Assembly (NCBI GenBank): GCA_913052485.1
Contig: CAJXDN010000001.1
Location: 2,444 to 66,443 of the forward strand
Reading direction: 5' to 3'
Origin: an uncultured Flammeovirgaceae bacterium
GTDB taxonomy: Bacteria; Bacteroidota; Bacteroidia; Cytophagales; MED-G16
Length of the DNA stretch: 64,000 nucleotides
Part shown: in pieces, positions 34,654-44,932 of the stretch
Layout: each line of letters opens with the position of its first letter
How positions within the stretch are numbered: the first letter of the stretch is position 1
Notes under the pieces: model-generated
Seen by the model: the letters and a program-made list of their open reading frames with translations, nothing else
The model's database searches: none
What the model was told of the DNA's origin: nothing
Translations under genes and position numbers: made by a program

Positions 34654-36867
34654 TTAAATGCCAATATTCAATGATATAAAATAATTTCTGGGTAGACCAG
34701 GATAGTAGTACCTAGGGTCTCTTCCACCAAAACCTCTGGCATTTATAACAACACCAGAAGCATATCGTTTATCTAACAGGTTATTTATGCCTGACGACAA
34801 ATTAATTTCCATACCTTTTAGATACAATCTTCTAGATATTTTAAGATCAAATAATGAGTAGCTATCAGTAAATAATGTATTTGCGTCGTTCATAGGTATC
34901 TCTCCAATATTTTGAAATGAAAACTGAAGAAGATAATTTTTAAAGTCAACTTTTATTTTTGAGAATAATGTATGATCAGGAACACCAGTTAACTTATTCA
35001 TTGAGTAGTCGTTACCTCGGTTATTAAAATCTTTAAATATGTACCAATACTTGGAAAAATTGCTTGAAGATGTAATATTTATTTTTTGACCAATAAATAC
35101 AGGAATATTTATTGTGGTTTCCAATCCAGGGTGAGATGTCCTACCTGCATTTACTCCGGTAAAAGTATCAAAGCTTGTTCTCTGTGCAACAAGTAAATTT
35201 CTAATATCCATGTAGTAAAGGTTAAGGCTGTATGATATTGTTTTATTTTTTGTTGAACCAATAACGCCTAACTCGTAATTCCACCCTGATTCAGGTTTAA
35301 TGTCAGGGTTTATAATTCCGTTTTCGTCTAAAGTCTCATCTATATTCGGTGAGGAAAAACCATGGCTTATATTTGCAAAGATTGAATTATTATTCAAACT
35401 ATAATTATATGAAATTCTCGGAGATAAAATTGACTTAGAACTATATTCTAAATTTTTTATTGCAATCTCATCTGTCCAATTATAATTAATACTATTAGTT
35501 CCAATTCCAAAAGTCAAAAATGATTTTTCAAATGTTTTATCGAGCTGGACGAAGAAATTATAGTTACCTCTCTCTTGTGACTGCCTACTTATCAGAGATT
35601 GGGTTGGATCACCAAATTCATCCCATGTTTCAAAAAGATAATTTTCATATGAAATTTCAAGGCCATAACTTAAATCGAAAGTAGTTAATTTAAAATTCCC
35701 AATATGTCTCAGGCCATATTGTTTACTGTCCTCTATAAGATAGTTAAATGGTCTATTCTCGTCATTAGAAAATGTTTTAAAAAAAATAGTAGAGTTTGAT
35801 CTATATAAGTCTTTATCTGAATTAAATGTGAGTCCTGTAATTGATCTTTTATAGTCTTCACCTCCTTTAACATTACCCCAAGAAAATGCGGCACTAGACG
35901 GGTTATCTATAAAACCTTCTAGACCGAGAGATGAGGGTATTAGTGCTGCTGCAGAATTATAGAAATGAACAAGGTTAATATCATAATTTTTATTTAATTC
36001 ATAATTTAAGCTTCCAAAAACTCTACTATTATCATAGGAGTTGTTGTCTCTATATCCATCGCTTTTGATTTTCTCAAAGTTAAATAGCAGATCTATATTG
36101 TTAATCCTTTCTGAAAACGATAGGCTATTCTGATATGTGTTATAAGATTTATAAATAGATTTTAATTTGACAGTCCTGTCTAGATTTTTTGAGGTCTTAA
36201 GTATAATATTTCCACCAAGTCCAGAACCATATATACTAGAATTTGGTCCTTTATTTATCTCAATTTGATCTAGTATGTCAATACCAAAATCTTCGAGTGT
36301 TATTTCTCCAACACCATTAGATAAAGGAATATTATTTAGATACGACTTAATTTTATTTGTAGAGTAGGGTGACCTGGAGCCCATTCCCCTTATGGTAATT
36401 CTATTAGTGTTGTACCCAGCAGAATGTGAATAGATTCCATTCATTTGATTTAAAGAGTTAATTAAAAATTCGCCTTCATTCTTTCTGAACTCTATATCAT
36501 CAAGTACTGATGTTGATATATTATTATTTTTTAATTTTTTAGTATAAAAACTAGAATTAATTGTTATGTCATCAAGAATAAAACCCCTGTTGGTAAGTTC
36601 TATTTCGATATTTCTTGTATCATTAACTTTTATATTTTTTGGATAATATCTAAAATCGTTTATGGATAATTCTATTGGTAATTTTTCTTCTTCAATCACA
36701 AACATTCCCTCGTCATCTGTTGATACAAATTCACTATTAATTAAAATTTTAATGTTCTTTAAGGGAGACTTATCTATTTTATCAAATACTGTAATTGATA
36801 TAGTTTTCTGTGAAAAAACTAGAAATGGAAAAAATAAAAAAAATAAAGGATTAATTTTTAATCTCAT
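34654..36867 (-). CDS. TonB-dependent receptor (CarboxypepD_reg N-domain + plug + beta-barrel)
   Basis: 737 aa. N-terminal ISITVFDKIDKSPLKNIKILI (CarboxypepD_reg-like), plug motifs (NRITIRGMG), C-terminal barrel ending in an aromatic-rich strand (YFISLNIGI). Confidence 0.88.
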   Translation of the reverse strand: MRLKINPLFFLFFPFLVFSQKTISITVFDKIDKSPLKNIKILINSEFVSTDDEGMFVIEEEKLPIELSINDFRYYPKNIKVNDTRNIEIELTNRGFILDDITINSSFYTKKLKNNNISTSVLDDIEFRKNEGEFLINSLNQMNGIYSHSAGYNTNRITIRGMGSRSPYSTNKIKSYLNNIPLSNGVGEITLEDFGIDILDQIEINKGPNSSIYGSGLGGNIILKTSKNLDRTVKLKSIYKSYNTYQNSLSFSERINNIDLLFNFEKIKSDGYRDNNSYDNSRVFGSLNYELNKNYDINLVHFYNSAAALIPSSLGLEGFIDNPSSAAFSWGNVKGGEDYKRSITGLTFNSDKDLYRSNSTIFFKTFSNDENRPFNYLIEDSKQYGLRHIGNFKLTTFDLSYGLEISYENYLFETWDEFGDPTQSLISRQSQERGNYNFFVQLDKTFEKSFLTFGIGTNSINYNWTDEIAIKNLEYSSKSILSPRISYNYSLNNNSIFANISHGFSSPNIDETLDENGIINPDIKPESGWNYELGVIGSTKNKTISYSLNLYYMDIRNLLVAQRTSFDTFTGVNAGRTSHPGLETTINIPVFIGQKINITSSSNFSKYWYIFKDFNNRGNDYSMNKLTGVPDHTLFSKIKVDFKNYLLQFSFQNIGEIPMNDANTLFTDSYSLFDLKISRRLYLKGMEINLSSGINNLLDKRYASGVVINARGFGGRDPRYYYPGLPRNYFISLNIGI

Positions 36868-37046
36868 AAGTTAAGTACATATATCGCTACCAATAAAATA
36901 GAGGCTATAGCAATTATATACTTAAAAAGTTTAAAAATGTTTAGTAATGTTTTATCCTCTGTCATATTTGCAAATGCTCCTAGTGAAAAATAAATTATCC
37001 ACATCAAAAAAAATATACCTACAATAACACTTATACTTAAATTCAT
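36864..37046 (-). CDS. small 2-TM membrane protein upstream of the TonB-dependent receptor
   Basis: 60 aa with two hydrophobic helices. 4-nt overlap (translational coupling) with the receptor gene. Confidence 0.45.
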   Translation of the reverse strand: MNLSISVIVGIFFLMWIIYFSLGAFANMTEDKTLLNIFKLFKYIIAIASILLVAIYVLNL

Positions 37047-37088
37047 AATAATTTTTTCATAAATTTAAAACTTAATCTAAAATATAAA

Positions 37089-37649
37089 ATGTACAAAATT
37101 TATTTATCAGCAGTATTTCTTTTTATACTTTTTTCTGGATGCCAGAATAAAATTATGACAAGTCAGATTGAGATAATTGATGACAGGGCTTATTTTAATG
37201 GAGATAAATTTTCAGGAATTGCTATTAAAAAAGATGCTGATGATAATATTAGGGTTGAAGAGAAATATAATGATGGGGTAAAATTTTATACAAAATTATT
37301 TTATACAGAGGGCTCAATGCAAAGTGAATGGGTATATGGGACTGAAAAAATATCAGTAACAAGATTTTATAAGAGTGGTAAAGTAGAAAGTAAAGAAAAT
37401 TTTGATAAAGAATTAGTAAGGAATGGCACTTCTTATCTTTTTTATAAAAATGGTAATATCAAAAGTGAATGGAATTTTAAAGATGGTGTTAGAGATGGAA
37501 TTCAGAAAAATTTCTTTGGGGATGGATCAATTTCTGATGAGACTGAAACTTCGAATGGTGTTCAAAATGGTTTTATGAGAATATATGATAGAGAAGGTAA
37601 ACTACTTAAAGAGATATATTTTAAGAATGGAATTCAAATTCAAATCTAA
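37089..37649 (+). CDS. MORN-variant repeat lipoprotein (YwqK-family-like)
   Basis: Lipobox LFSGC. Repeated G.....Y..G....E....(K/D)G motifs. Confidence 0.6.
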   Translation: MYKIYLSAVFLFILFSGCQNKIMTSQIEIIDDRAYFNGDKFSGIAIKKDADDNIRVEEKYNDGVKFYTKLFYTEGSMQSEWVYGTEKISVTRFYKSGKVESKENFDKELVRNGTSYLFYKNGNIKSEWNFKDGVRDGIQKNFFGDGSISDETETSNGVQNGFMRIYDREGKLLKEIYFKNGIQIQI

Positions 37650-38126
37650 CTAAGTAGAGACAGTAATAATATCCTCTTCTCTTGTTACATTGTAAGATTC
37701 TAAATCACTGTTAGCTGGTCCACTAATAACTGTGCCCTCATTAGTAAATACTGCTCCGTGACATGTACAATTAAAATTATTGTTTGTATATCTCCAACTC
37801 GTCCGGCATCCGGCATGTGGACAACTACTAGAAAAAGCTCGTATTATATTCTGCCCCACATTTACTAATAGCATACCACCTCTATCAAATCTGTACCATC
37901 CTCCAGTATTTTTTAAAATAGAAAAGTTGGAATGATTTAGCTCAATTATGTAATTCCCTCCATCTAAAGAATACCCATTGTCAGGAGATACATTGTTATT
38001 GTTGTTGTTATTGTCAGGATTAATAGCTTCCTCACTAGTACTACAACCTATGAAGAAGGAGGAACCAAGGCTTGTAAACAAGGCAGTAGAGCCTGCAGAT
38101 TTAAGAAATTTTCTTCGTTTGTTCAC
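37650..38126 (-). CDS. TAT-exported Rieske [2Fe-2S] lipoprotein
   Basis: Twin-arginine leader (KRRKFLKSAG), lipobox FIGCS, poly-Asn linker, Rieske ligands CPHAGC ... CTCHG. Confidence 0.8.
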   Translation of the reverse strand: MNKRRKFLKSAGSTALFTSLGSSFFIGCSTSEEAINPDNNNNNNNVSPDNGYSLDGGNYIIELNHSNFSILKNTGGWYRFDRGGMLLVNVGQNIIRAFSSSCPHAGCRTSWRYTNNNFNCTCHGAVFTNEGTVISGPANSDLESYNVTREEDIITVST

Positions 38127-38159
38127 AATTTAACTAACGATAAAAATTATGATGTGTTA

Positions 38160-40370
38160 TTAGATACTGATCAAATACTGAAATTTTATAAAAAATTGTG
38201 ATCTATCAGTAAAATATTCTAGCTCCTTGATTAAATTTTGATTTCCTCCAATATAAAATATAGTGAAAGGATTGGGTGTCCATTCAAATAGAGGTTGTAA
38301 GAAAATAGATTCGGAAAAATTATTATATTCGGCAGCTAGTCTAAGTCCAATAAATTTTGAAAATTGATATTTTGTATCAAATCTATTTATATAGCCTTTA
38401 TAATAATATTCTGTAGTATTTATTTCTTTTAATCTTGAAAAACTAAATAGGTTATTAATAGATAGATTATTATTTAGTTGTAATCTGAGTGTTGCTCTGA
38501 AATTGAATTCTTTACCTAATTCAGGATCTTCATCATTAAAAGCAACATCTTTTCCAAAACTAATATTTGAATCAAATGAAATTAACTCAACGGGACTAGT
38601 AGAAAATCCTACTCTTGTTGAACCATAATTTGAATATTTTTTATCCAAATAATATGATACAAAATCATAATCATGAGTAATTCCAATATTAGTGTTTCCT
38701 TTAAATGATGCTTCTACTTTTCCGTCTAAACTAATAACATCCAGTTGGTTATCGAAGTTATGTAACATGTCATATTTCAATGAATAAGATATGTTTCTAA
38801 GAAATCCTTCATCTTTATAAGATGTGTAGGATTGAAAATATGTCAGCCATTTCCTATCATTTTTTACTGCGAAACCAACATCTGCCCTATACTTAGGATC
38901 TATATACTTATAGCCTAGATATGAGTGCCAATTCTCAGTTGATCTTGATAGTCCGACAAATACACCATTCCCATTAAATTTTTCACCATTAAGCCTTACA
39001 GAGTATTCGTTAAAATAATCTTCGGAATCTATCCAATTATTAATTGGTTCTTCATTTAAATTTTTTATGATGTCAAATGAAAATCTAATATTCTTAGTTA
39101 ATTGAAATAATCCATCAATCGCAAATAGGTTCCCATAACCTCCACCATCATAATGTCTTGTTGTGGAGAGAAAACCAATTTTTGAGCCGTTTTTTAATAG
39201 TCTTTGGTACCTTAATACATTTACAAATGATTTTTTGCCTTCTCCAAAGTATGATCTATCCCTTCCGGCTATTAGATAAGGTGAGTTATTATCTAGTGAT
39301 GACAAATAAAATAATCTTGATTTCTTACCTTGATTTAATAGTTTTAATGCAAATAGAGGGTCATTTATTGATCTAGAATAAAATGGTTGTAAATCCTGAT
39401 TATTAAGTTTTAATATATCTGTTCCCTTGTTAAAAAAAGGTCTTTTTTCTGGATAACTTAACGAAAAAGCTGAATTGGCATCAATTTGTGTAACATCTGC
39501 TTCAACCTGAGAAAAGTCAGGATTAATTGCTAATTCTAAAGATAAAGTTTTAGAAAGTTCAGCATTTAAACTCAGACCAATATTATTTTTTACTTTGTCA
39601 TACTTAATTTTATTTTCAGGTGAAGTATTAGAACCATCTAAACTACTTGTTATGTAGGGAATTAGATCGAATTTCTTATCAATTTTAATATCTTTAAATA
39701 AAATATCATCTTCAAATTGACATGTCACACAAGAGTTATCTCTATCATCTTTAGAAGATGACATTTCATAATCAATATATTTTCTAAAAAACTTGAATTT
39801 CCATTTTTGGTCTTTACCATTTGGAAATGGTAAAGATGAGAATGGAATTTTCATTTCAATTTGATAACTATTCCCATTTATAGATCCTGATGACTCATAT
39901 TCAATATCATATGAGATCTCGTATCTAGACTCTTCCATTATAGAGTTAAGAACCCTTACATCCATTTGAGAACCATAGGGGTTTGATCCTATAAATAAAT
40001 TATTTCTCCCGTCACCATAAGTATCAACTAAAAAACCAATTATATCATCATTAAAGATTCCATTATCATCTCTTTTCCTAACAGAAGCCCTAACGGTTTC
40101 TCTTGTTTTTGCATCAAATCTTAGGTATATGTGATAATCAGAGTATAATATATATCCAGATGTTTCTACGATTGGTTTTGTATTATAACCTGGTTTGGTT
40201 TCATAATTAAAATCAATTTTTTGAGCTTTTTCCCATTCTTCTTGATTAATAATTCCATCAATTGAAATTAAATTCTCAGAAATTTTCAAGGGCTCATAAT
40301 TTTTTTGAGCTTCACTGTAAAAAGAAATAATTAAAAAAAAAGATAGAAATGTATAATGTTTCATTATCAA
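38160..40370 (-). CDS. CBM9-like + DUF5916 family outer-membrane/secreted protein
   Basis: 736 aa with a signal peptide. The N-terminal IDG.I...EW..A motif is typical of the CBM9-like domain. A long beta-rich C-terminal region ends in FIKFQYLISI. The family assignment is from memory. Confidence 0.6.
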   Translation of the reverse strand: MIMKHYTFLSFFLIISFYSEAQKNYEPLKISENLISIDGIINQEEWEKAQKIDFNYETKPGYNTKPIVETSGYILYSDYHIYLRFDAKTRETVRASVRKRDDNGIFNDDIIGFLVDTYGDGRNNLFIGSNPYGSQMDVRVLNSIMEESRYEISYDIEYESSGSINGNSYQIEMKIPFSSLPFPNGKDQKWKFKFFRKYIDYEMSSSKDDRDNSCVTCQFEDDILFKDIKIDKKFDLIPYITSSLDGSNTSPENKIKYDKVKNNIGLSLNAELSKTLSLELAINPDFSQVEADVTQIDANSAFSLSYPEKRPFFNKGTDILKLNNQDLQPFYSRSINDPLFALKLLNQGKKSRLFYLSSLDNNSPYLIAGRDRSYFGEGKKSFVNVLRYQRLLKNGSKIGFLSTTRHYDGGGYGNLFAIDGLFQLTKNIRFSFDIIKNLNEEPINNWIDSEDYFNEYSVRLNGEKFNGNGVFVGLSRSTENWHSYLGYKYIDPKYRADVGFAVKNDRKWLTYFQSYTSYKDEGFLRNISYSLKYDMLHNFDNQLDVISLDGKVEASFKGNTNIGITHDYDFVSYYLDKKYSNYGSTRVGFSTSPVELISFDSNISFGKDVAFNDEDPELGKEFNFRATLRLQLNNNLSINNLFSFSRLKEINTTEYYYKGYINRFDTKYQFSKFIGLRLAAEYNNFSESIFLQPLFEWTPNPFTIFYIGGNQNLIKELEYFTDRSQFFIKFQYLISI

Positions 40371-40422
40371 AATCAGTTACGAATATAGTTTATTATATGT
40401 TTTACGATTAAAAAATATAAAT

Positions 40423-41682
40423 TTGTTTATGCCGACTTATTACATCACAACTTTAAACTTTGCTATTCCTTTTTTTATTACTTTAATAGCAATTGAAATA
40501 TTTTTTTCTAAAGTATATAATAAAGACTATGTTATTCGAAGTATGGATACCTTATCTAGCCTATGCTCTGGTCTCACTAACATAGTTAAAGATGTTTTAG
40601 GTTTAACTATAATTATAGTATCATATTCTTACATTGTTGATAATTTAGCATTTTTTAAAATTGAATCTTCCTTTTTAGTTTATGTGATTGCATTTATAGG
40701 TATTGATTTTGCAGGCTACTGGGTTCATCGAATTAATCATAGTATCAATTATTTTTGGAATCATCATATTATTCATCACAGTAGTGAGGAATTTAACTTG
40801 GCATGTGCTCTAAGACAATCCATCTCTAACTTCTTTTCTATTTCATTTATTTTTCTAATTCCTACTGCATTAATTGGAGTTCAAGCAGAAGTAGTGGGTG
40901 TCCTCGCACCTCTTCATCTTTTTGCCCAATACTGGTACCACACAAGACTTATTGGAAAGCTTGGATTTTTAGAATATGTAATTGTCACACCTTCTCATCA
41001 CAGAGTCCACCACGCTATAAATAAAGAGTATCTTGATAAAAATCTATCCCAGGTATTTATAATTTGGGATAAATTATTTGGGACATTTCAAGAAGAATTA
41101 GATGATGTTCCACCTGTCTATGGTGTGAAAAGACCTTTAAGATCTTGGAATCCTATAAAAATAAATTTTTCTCATCTTTTTTTATTGGTAAGAGATGCTT
41201 GGCGAACTTCAGACTTTATTGATAAATTTAAAATATGGTTTATGCCTACCGGTTGGAGGCCAGAGGATGTTGAAAAAAAGTATCCTGTTAAATCTATAGA
41301 TTCGGTATATGACTATGAAAAATACTATCCTATATTATCCAGAGAATTACAGTATTGGTCGTGGTATCAATTTATAGTAGTTTTTGTATTCATAATGTAC
41401 TTTATTAATAATCTACATATTCTTTCTTTTACAGATGCAACCTTATTTGCATCCTTTATTTTTATTTGTATTTACAGTTTAACAAGTTTAATGGATAAAG
41501 AAAAAAAATCTTGGATTGTAGAATTTATTAAACTCTCATTTGGGTTTTTACTTTTGTTTTATACAAACAACTTTTCTGAACTAGAGATGATAATACCTTT
41601 CTACGAAACTATTATTTCATCGTATTTGATTGTATCATTTTTAGTAGTGACTTATTTCAATAGGTACGAACTAAGATTATAA
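40423..41682 (+). CDS. fatty-acid hydroxylase/sterol desaturase superfamily membrane protein with an extra C-terminal multi-TM region
   Basis: Histidine boxes HRINH, HHIIHH and HHRVHH. About 130 additional hydrophobic residues at the C-terminus. The ATG at 40429 is an alternative start. Confidence 0.8.
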   Translation: MFMPTYYITTLNFAIPFFITLIAIEIFFSKVYNKDYVIRSMDTLSSLCSGLTNIVKDVLGLTIIIVSYSYIVDNLAFFKIESSFLVYVIAFIGIDFAGYWVHRINHSINYFWNHHIIHHSSEEFNLACALRQSISNFFSISFIFLIPTALIGVQAEVVGVLAPLHLFAQYWYHTRLIGKLGFLEYVIVTPSHHRVHHAINKEYLDKNLSQVFIIWDKLFGTFQEELDDVPPVYGVKRPLRSWNPIKINFSHLFLLVRDAWRTSDFIDKFKIWFMPTGWRPEDVEKKYPVKSIDSVYDYEKYYPILSRELQYWSWYQFIVVFVFIMYFINNLHILSFTDATLFASFIFICIYSLTSLMDKEKKSWIVEFIKLSFGFLLLFYTNNFSELEMIIPFYETIISSYLIVSFLVVTYFNRYELRL

Positions 41683-41684
41683 AA

Positions 41685-43313
41685 TTAGTTTTTCATAAAA
41701 GGATATCTATAATTTTTTGGAGTATTATAAACTTCCTTTATTGTTCTAGGAGATACCCATCTTAATAAATTAAGGTAAGAACCAGCTTTATCATTTGTAC
41801 CTGAGGCTCTCCCTCCACCAAAAGGTTGCTGACCAACAACAGCACCAGTAGGCTTGTCATTAATATAAAAATTTCCTGCAGAGTACTCTAGTGCATTCAT
41901 AGCTTTGTCGATAGCAACTTGTTCTGAAGCAAATATTGCTCCTGTTAAAGCGTATGGAGATGTCTCATCTACAAGCATTAAAGTCTTATCAAAATCTTTA
42001 TCATCATAAATGTAGATACATGTAACAGGCCCAAAAACTTCCTCAACCATTAACTTATTTTTAGGATTACTTGTAATAAAAACTGTTGGATTAATAAAAT
42101 ATCCCTTTGAATTATCGTAATCTCCTCCAATAAGAAGTTCTAATTCTTTATCTCTCTTGCCGTCTTCAATATAAGAAACTATTTTATTGAAAGCTCTCTC
42201 GTCTATTACAGCATTCATGAAATTAGAGAAGTCATCAGGTTCTCCAATTTTAATTGTTTTTATTTCATCTAAAAGTTCTTTTTTTATAGTTGGCCACAAA
42301 GATTTAGGTAAGTAAATTCTTGATGGAGCACTACACTTTTGACCTTGAAATTCGAAACAACCTCTTATAATTGCAGTTGAAACTTCTGTTGAGTTTGCAG
42401 ATTTATGAGCAACTATAAAATCTTTTCCTCCCGTTTCACCTACAACTCTTGGATATGAATTATATAGATCAATATTTTGACCAATTTCTTTCCATAAATG
42501 TTTAAATACTCCAGTACTTCCAGTAAAGTGTAACCCTGCAAAATCCTTATGTTTAAATATTATATCTCCTGCATCAGGCCCATCTACATAAATTATATTT
42601 ATCACTCCATCAGGAAGACCAGCCTCTTTAAATAAATCCATAATAACTTTTGCTGAATAAATTTGAGAATATGCAGGTTTCCAAATTACAGTATTACCCA
42701 TTAAAGCAGGGCTCGCGCATAAGTTGCCTGCTATAGAAGTAAAGTTGAAAGGACTTATGGCAAAGACAAATCCCTCTAGAGGTCTGTAATCTAACCTATT
42801 CCACATACCTGATGATGATTCAGGTTGATTCTTATAAATTTCTTCCATGTAAGAAGCATTGAAATTTAAAAAGTCAATAAACTCACAAGCAGCATCTATT
42901 TCCGCCTGAAAGACATTTTTTGACTGACCAAGCATTGTGGATGCATTAATTTTAGATCTGTATGGACCAGCAAGTAATTCTGCCGCTTTTAAAAATATTG
43001 AAGCTTTACTCTGCCAAGACATTTCACTCCATTCTTTCTTTGCTTTTAATGCAGAATCAATAGCTAATTTCACATGAGATTTATCTCCTTCATAAAAGTT
43101 TCCAATATGAAGATTATGATCATGAGGTGCGGTAATTTTTATTTTATTATCAGTAGTTATTTCTTTTCCATCAATTATCATAGGTATATCTATGATATTA
43201 TTTTTCATTTTATCTAGAGTATTTAGTAACTCTTCTTTCTCTTGAGAACCTTCAACATAATCTTTCACAGGTTCATTAATTGGAATTGGTACTTCAAAAA
43301 AGGCGTTATTCAT
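41685..43313 (-). CDS. pruA: L-glutamate gamma-semialdehyde (1-pyrroline-5-carboxylate) dehydrogenase
   Basis: 542 aa aldehyde dehydrogenase. Catalytic Glu (VVGETGGKDF) and Cys (FEFQGQKCSAPSR) contexts typical of the long P5CDH form. Confidence 0.85.
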   Translation of the reverse strand: MNNAFFEVPIPINEPVKDYVEGSQEKEELLNTLDKMKNNIIDIPMIIDGKEITTDNKIKITAPHDHNLHIGNFYEGDKSHVKLAIDSALKAKKEWSEMSWQSKASIFLKAAELLAGPYRSKINASTMLGQSKNVFQAEIDAACEFIDFLNFNASYMEEIYKNQPESSSGMWNRLDYRPLEGFVFAISPFNFTSIAGNLCASPALMGNTVIWKPAYSQIYSAKVIMDLFKEAGLPDGVINIIYVDGPDAGDIIFKHKDFAGLHFTGSTGVFKHLWKEIGQNIDLYNSYPRVVGETGGKDFIVAHKSANSTEVSTAIIRGCFEFQGQKCSAPSRIYLPKSLWPTIKKELLDEIKTIKIGEPDDFSNFMNAVIDERAFNKIVSYIEDGKRDKELELLIGGDYDNSKGYFINPTVFITSNPKNKLMVEEVFGPVTCIYIYDDKDFDKTLMLVDETSPYALTGAIFASEQVAIDKAMNALEYSAGNFYINDKPTGAVVGQQPFGGGRASGTNDKAGSYLNLLRWVSPRTIKEVYNTPKNYRYPFMKN

Positions 43314-43325
43314 AATTTTAAAAAT

Positions 43326-43709
43326 TTATTGTTTCCAGGTTTTTAATTCTATTTTATTTCTAGATAGCTCTCTATTTGAGTACATGATATCATATGCCTC
43401 TAGGTCTTTTTTTAACTGTTCATCTTTATCTAAAAATTCAAAAATTTGATCAATTATATCTAAAGCTTCCTCTCTTAAAGAATAGAAAATAAATTGGTCT
43501 TTATTTTCAGAATTTAATAATCCAGAATTTTTTAGGTAATAGATATGTCTCGAGGTTTTTGTCTGAGTAAAATTAAGTATAATCTCTAAATCAGAGATGG
43601 AGGCATCTTTTCTGTTAGCAAGGATATTAAGAATTCTAATTCTAGAAACATCAGAAAATGATTTAAATATTAATTTACCATAATCAATATTGAATTTTTT
43701 TAATCTCAT
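43326..43709 (-). CDS. ArsR/SmtB-family winged-helix transcriptional regulator
   Basis: HTH region FSDVSRIRILNILANRKDASISDLEIILNFTQTKTSRHIYYLKNSGLL. Confidence 0.75.
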   Translation of the reverse strand: MRLKKFNIDYGKLIFKSFSDVSRIRILNILANRKDASISDLEIILNFTQTKTSRHIYYLKNSGLLNSENKDQFIFYSLREEALDIIDQIFEFLDKDEQLKKDLEAYDIMYSNRELSRNKIELKTWKQ

Positions 43710-43824
43710 CTATGTTAAATAATGTTATTACAATCTATTCTATCTAAAAAAAACATATTTATTCAGTAATTTAGCATGTTATTTAAATAAAAGTTATAAC
43801 ATTTTTAAAAATGATTTTCCATAT

Positions 43825-44454
43825 ATGATAAGATTATTTGCTGTTATTATTTTATTATTTATGTGTTCCTTTAATTTGAAATCTCAGGGTCAACAAAAAA
43901 TAATTCAGTTATCTGGAGTTGTTGTTGGACAAGATAGTATATCAGGGGTTGGTGGGGTACACATATATGTCCCGAAGGCTGGGAGAGGAACAACATCTAA
44001 CCCATACGGATATTTTGCGATGCCAGTATTAGCAAAAGACAGTATCATAGTCAGTGCTATCGGATATCAAAAACAGAATTTTATTATGCCTGGGGACAAA
44101 GGAGAATCTGTAACTCTTTTCATTGAACTGAAACCTGATACAACAATTTTACCTGAATTAGAAATCTTTCCTTATCCTACCGAGGAATTATTCAAAAAGG
44201 CAGTTCTTGCAATTGAACTACCAAACAGACAAGATTTAGATAATTTGGATAAATCTTTAGATAAAGATCTCTTAAGAAGGATGTATAATAATGAGCCAAT
44301 GAGTGCAAATATGAATTATAAATACTTTATGGATCAGCAGATGATGTCGACATCAACTAAATATCAGCTACCTTCAAATCCATTATTGAATCCTTTTGCA
44401 TGGGTCAAATTTATTAAGGCAATTAAAAATGGTGACTTCAAGAGAAAAGATTAA
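43825..44454 (+). CDS. carboxypeptidase-regulatory-like domain protein (secreted)
   Basis: Signal peptide. LSGVVVGQDSISGVGGVHIYV...TTSNPYGYF...VSAIGYQ pattern of CarbopepD_reg_2. Confidence 0.65.
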   Translation: MIRLFAVIILLFMCSFNLKSQGQQKIIQLSGVVVGQDSISGVGGVHIYVPKAGRGTTSNPYGYFAMPVLAKDSIIVSAIGYQKQNFIMPGDKGESVTLFIELKPDTTILPELEIFPYPTEELFKKAVLAIELPNRQDLDNLDKSLDKDLLRRMYNNEPMSANMNYKYFMDQQMMSTSTKYQLPSNPLLNPFAWVKFIKAIKNGDFKRKD

Positions 44455-44930
44455 TTACAATTAATTTCGATAATTGATTTATCTATTATTTTGTTATCTA
44501 AACTTATTGCAAAATACCAATCATCACACGCAGACTCAATTAGACCCAAGTCATATTTAATACTTCCACGATTTATATAGTATTTTGCATTTATAGGGTT
44601 TATGTCGATTGCTTTATCTAAATCTTTCAGGGCATTATTGCTTTCTCCGATTATGAAGTTTGATAAACCTCTTTCAAAAAAAAGTTTATCACTTTCATTA
44701 TTTAAAATATAGGCTGAGTCATAGTAAGAAATTGAAATATCATTCATGCCTGCAAATGAATAAGAGTGCCCAACGTAAAAATAATACTCAAAATCTTTTT
44801 TGCTCTTTTCAACTTTCGAAAATTCAAAAATTGCATCTTCATATTTACCCTTATTGTATTTTCTAATCCCTTTCTTTATGTTGTCGTCAACTGATACATT
44901 TATTATCAAAAGCAAAAGTATATTAATCAT
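44451..44930 (-). CDS. TPR-repeat protein
   Basis: 159 aa with three TPR-like units (KGKYEDAIFEFSKV..., DISISYYDSAYILN..., SNNALKDLDKAIDINP...). The start is only 2 nt from the tRNA-Arg 3' end, so the true start is uncertain. Confidence 0.6.
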   Translation of the reverse strand: MINILLLLIINVSVDDNIKKGIRKYNKGKYEDAIFEFSKVEKSKKDFEYYFYVGHSYSFAGMNDISISYYDSAYILNNESDKLFFERGLSNFIIGESNNALKDLDKAIDINPINAKYYINRGSIKYDLGLIESACDDWYFAISLDNKIIDKSIIEINCN

Positions 44931-44932
44931 AG

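Noticed and set aside
37992-38012. An (ATT/GTT)7 run as a possible phase-variable simple-sequence repeat
   Set aside because: It is an imperfect, in-frame trinucleotide run that encodes the 7-Asn linker of the Rieske lipoprotein. Length changes would not shift the frame.
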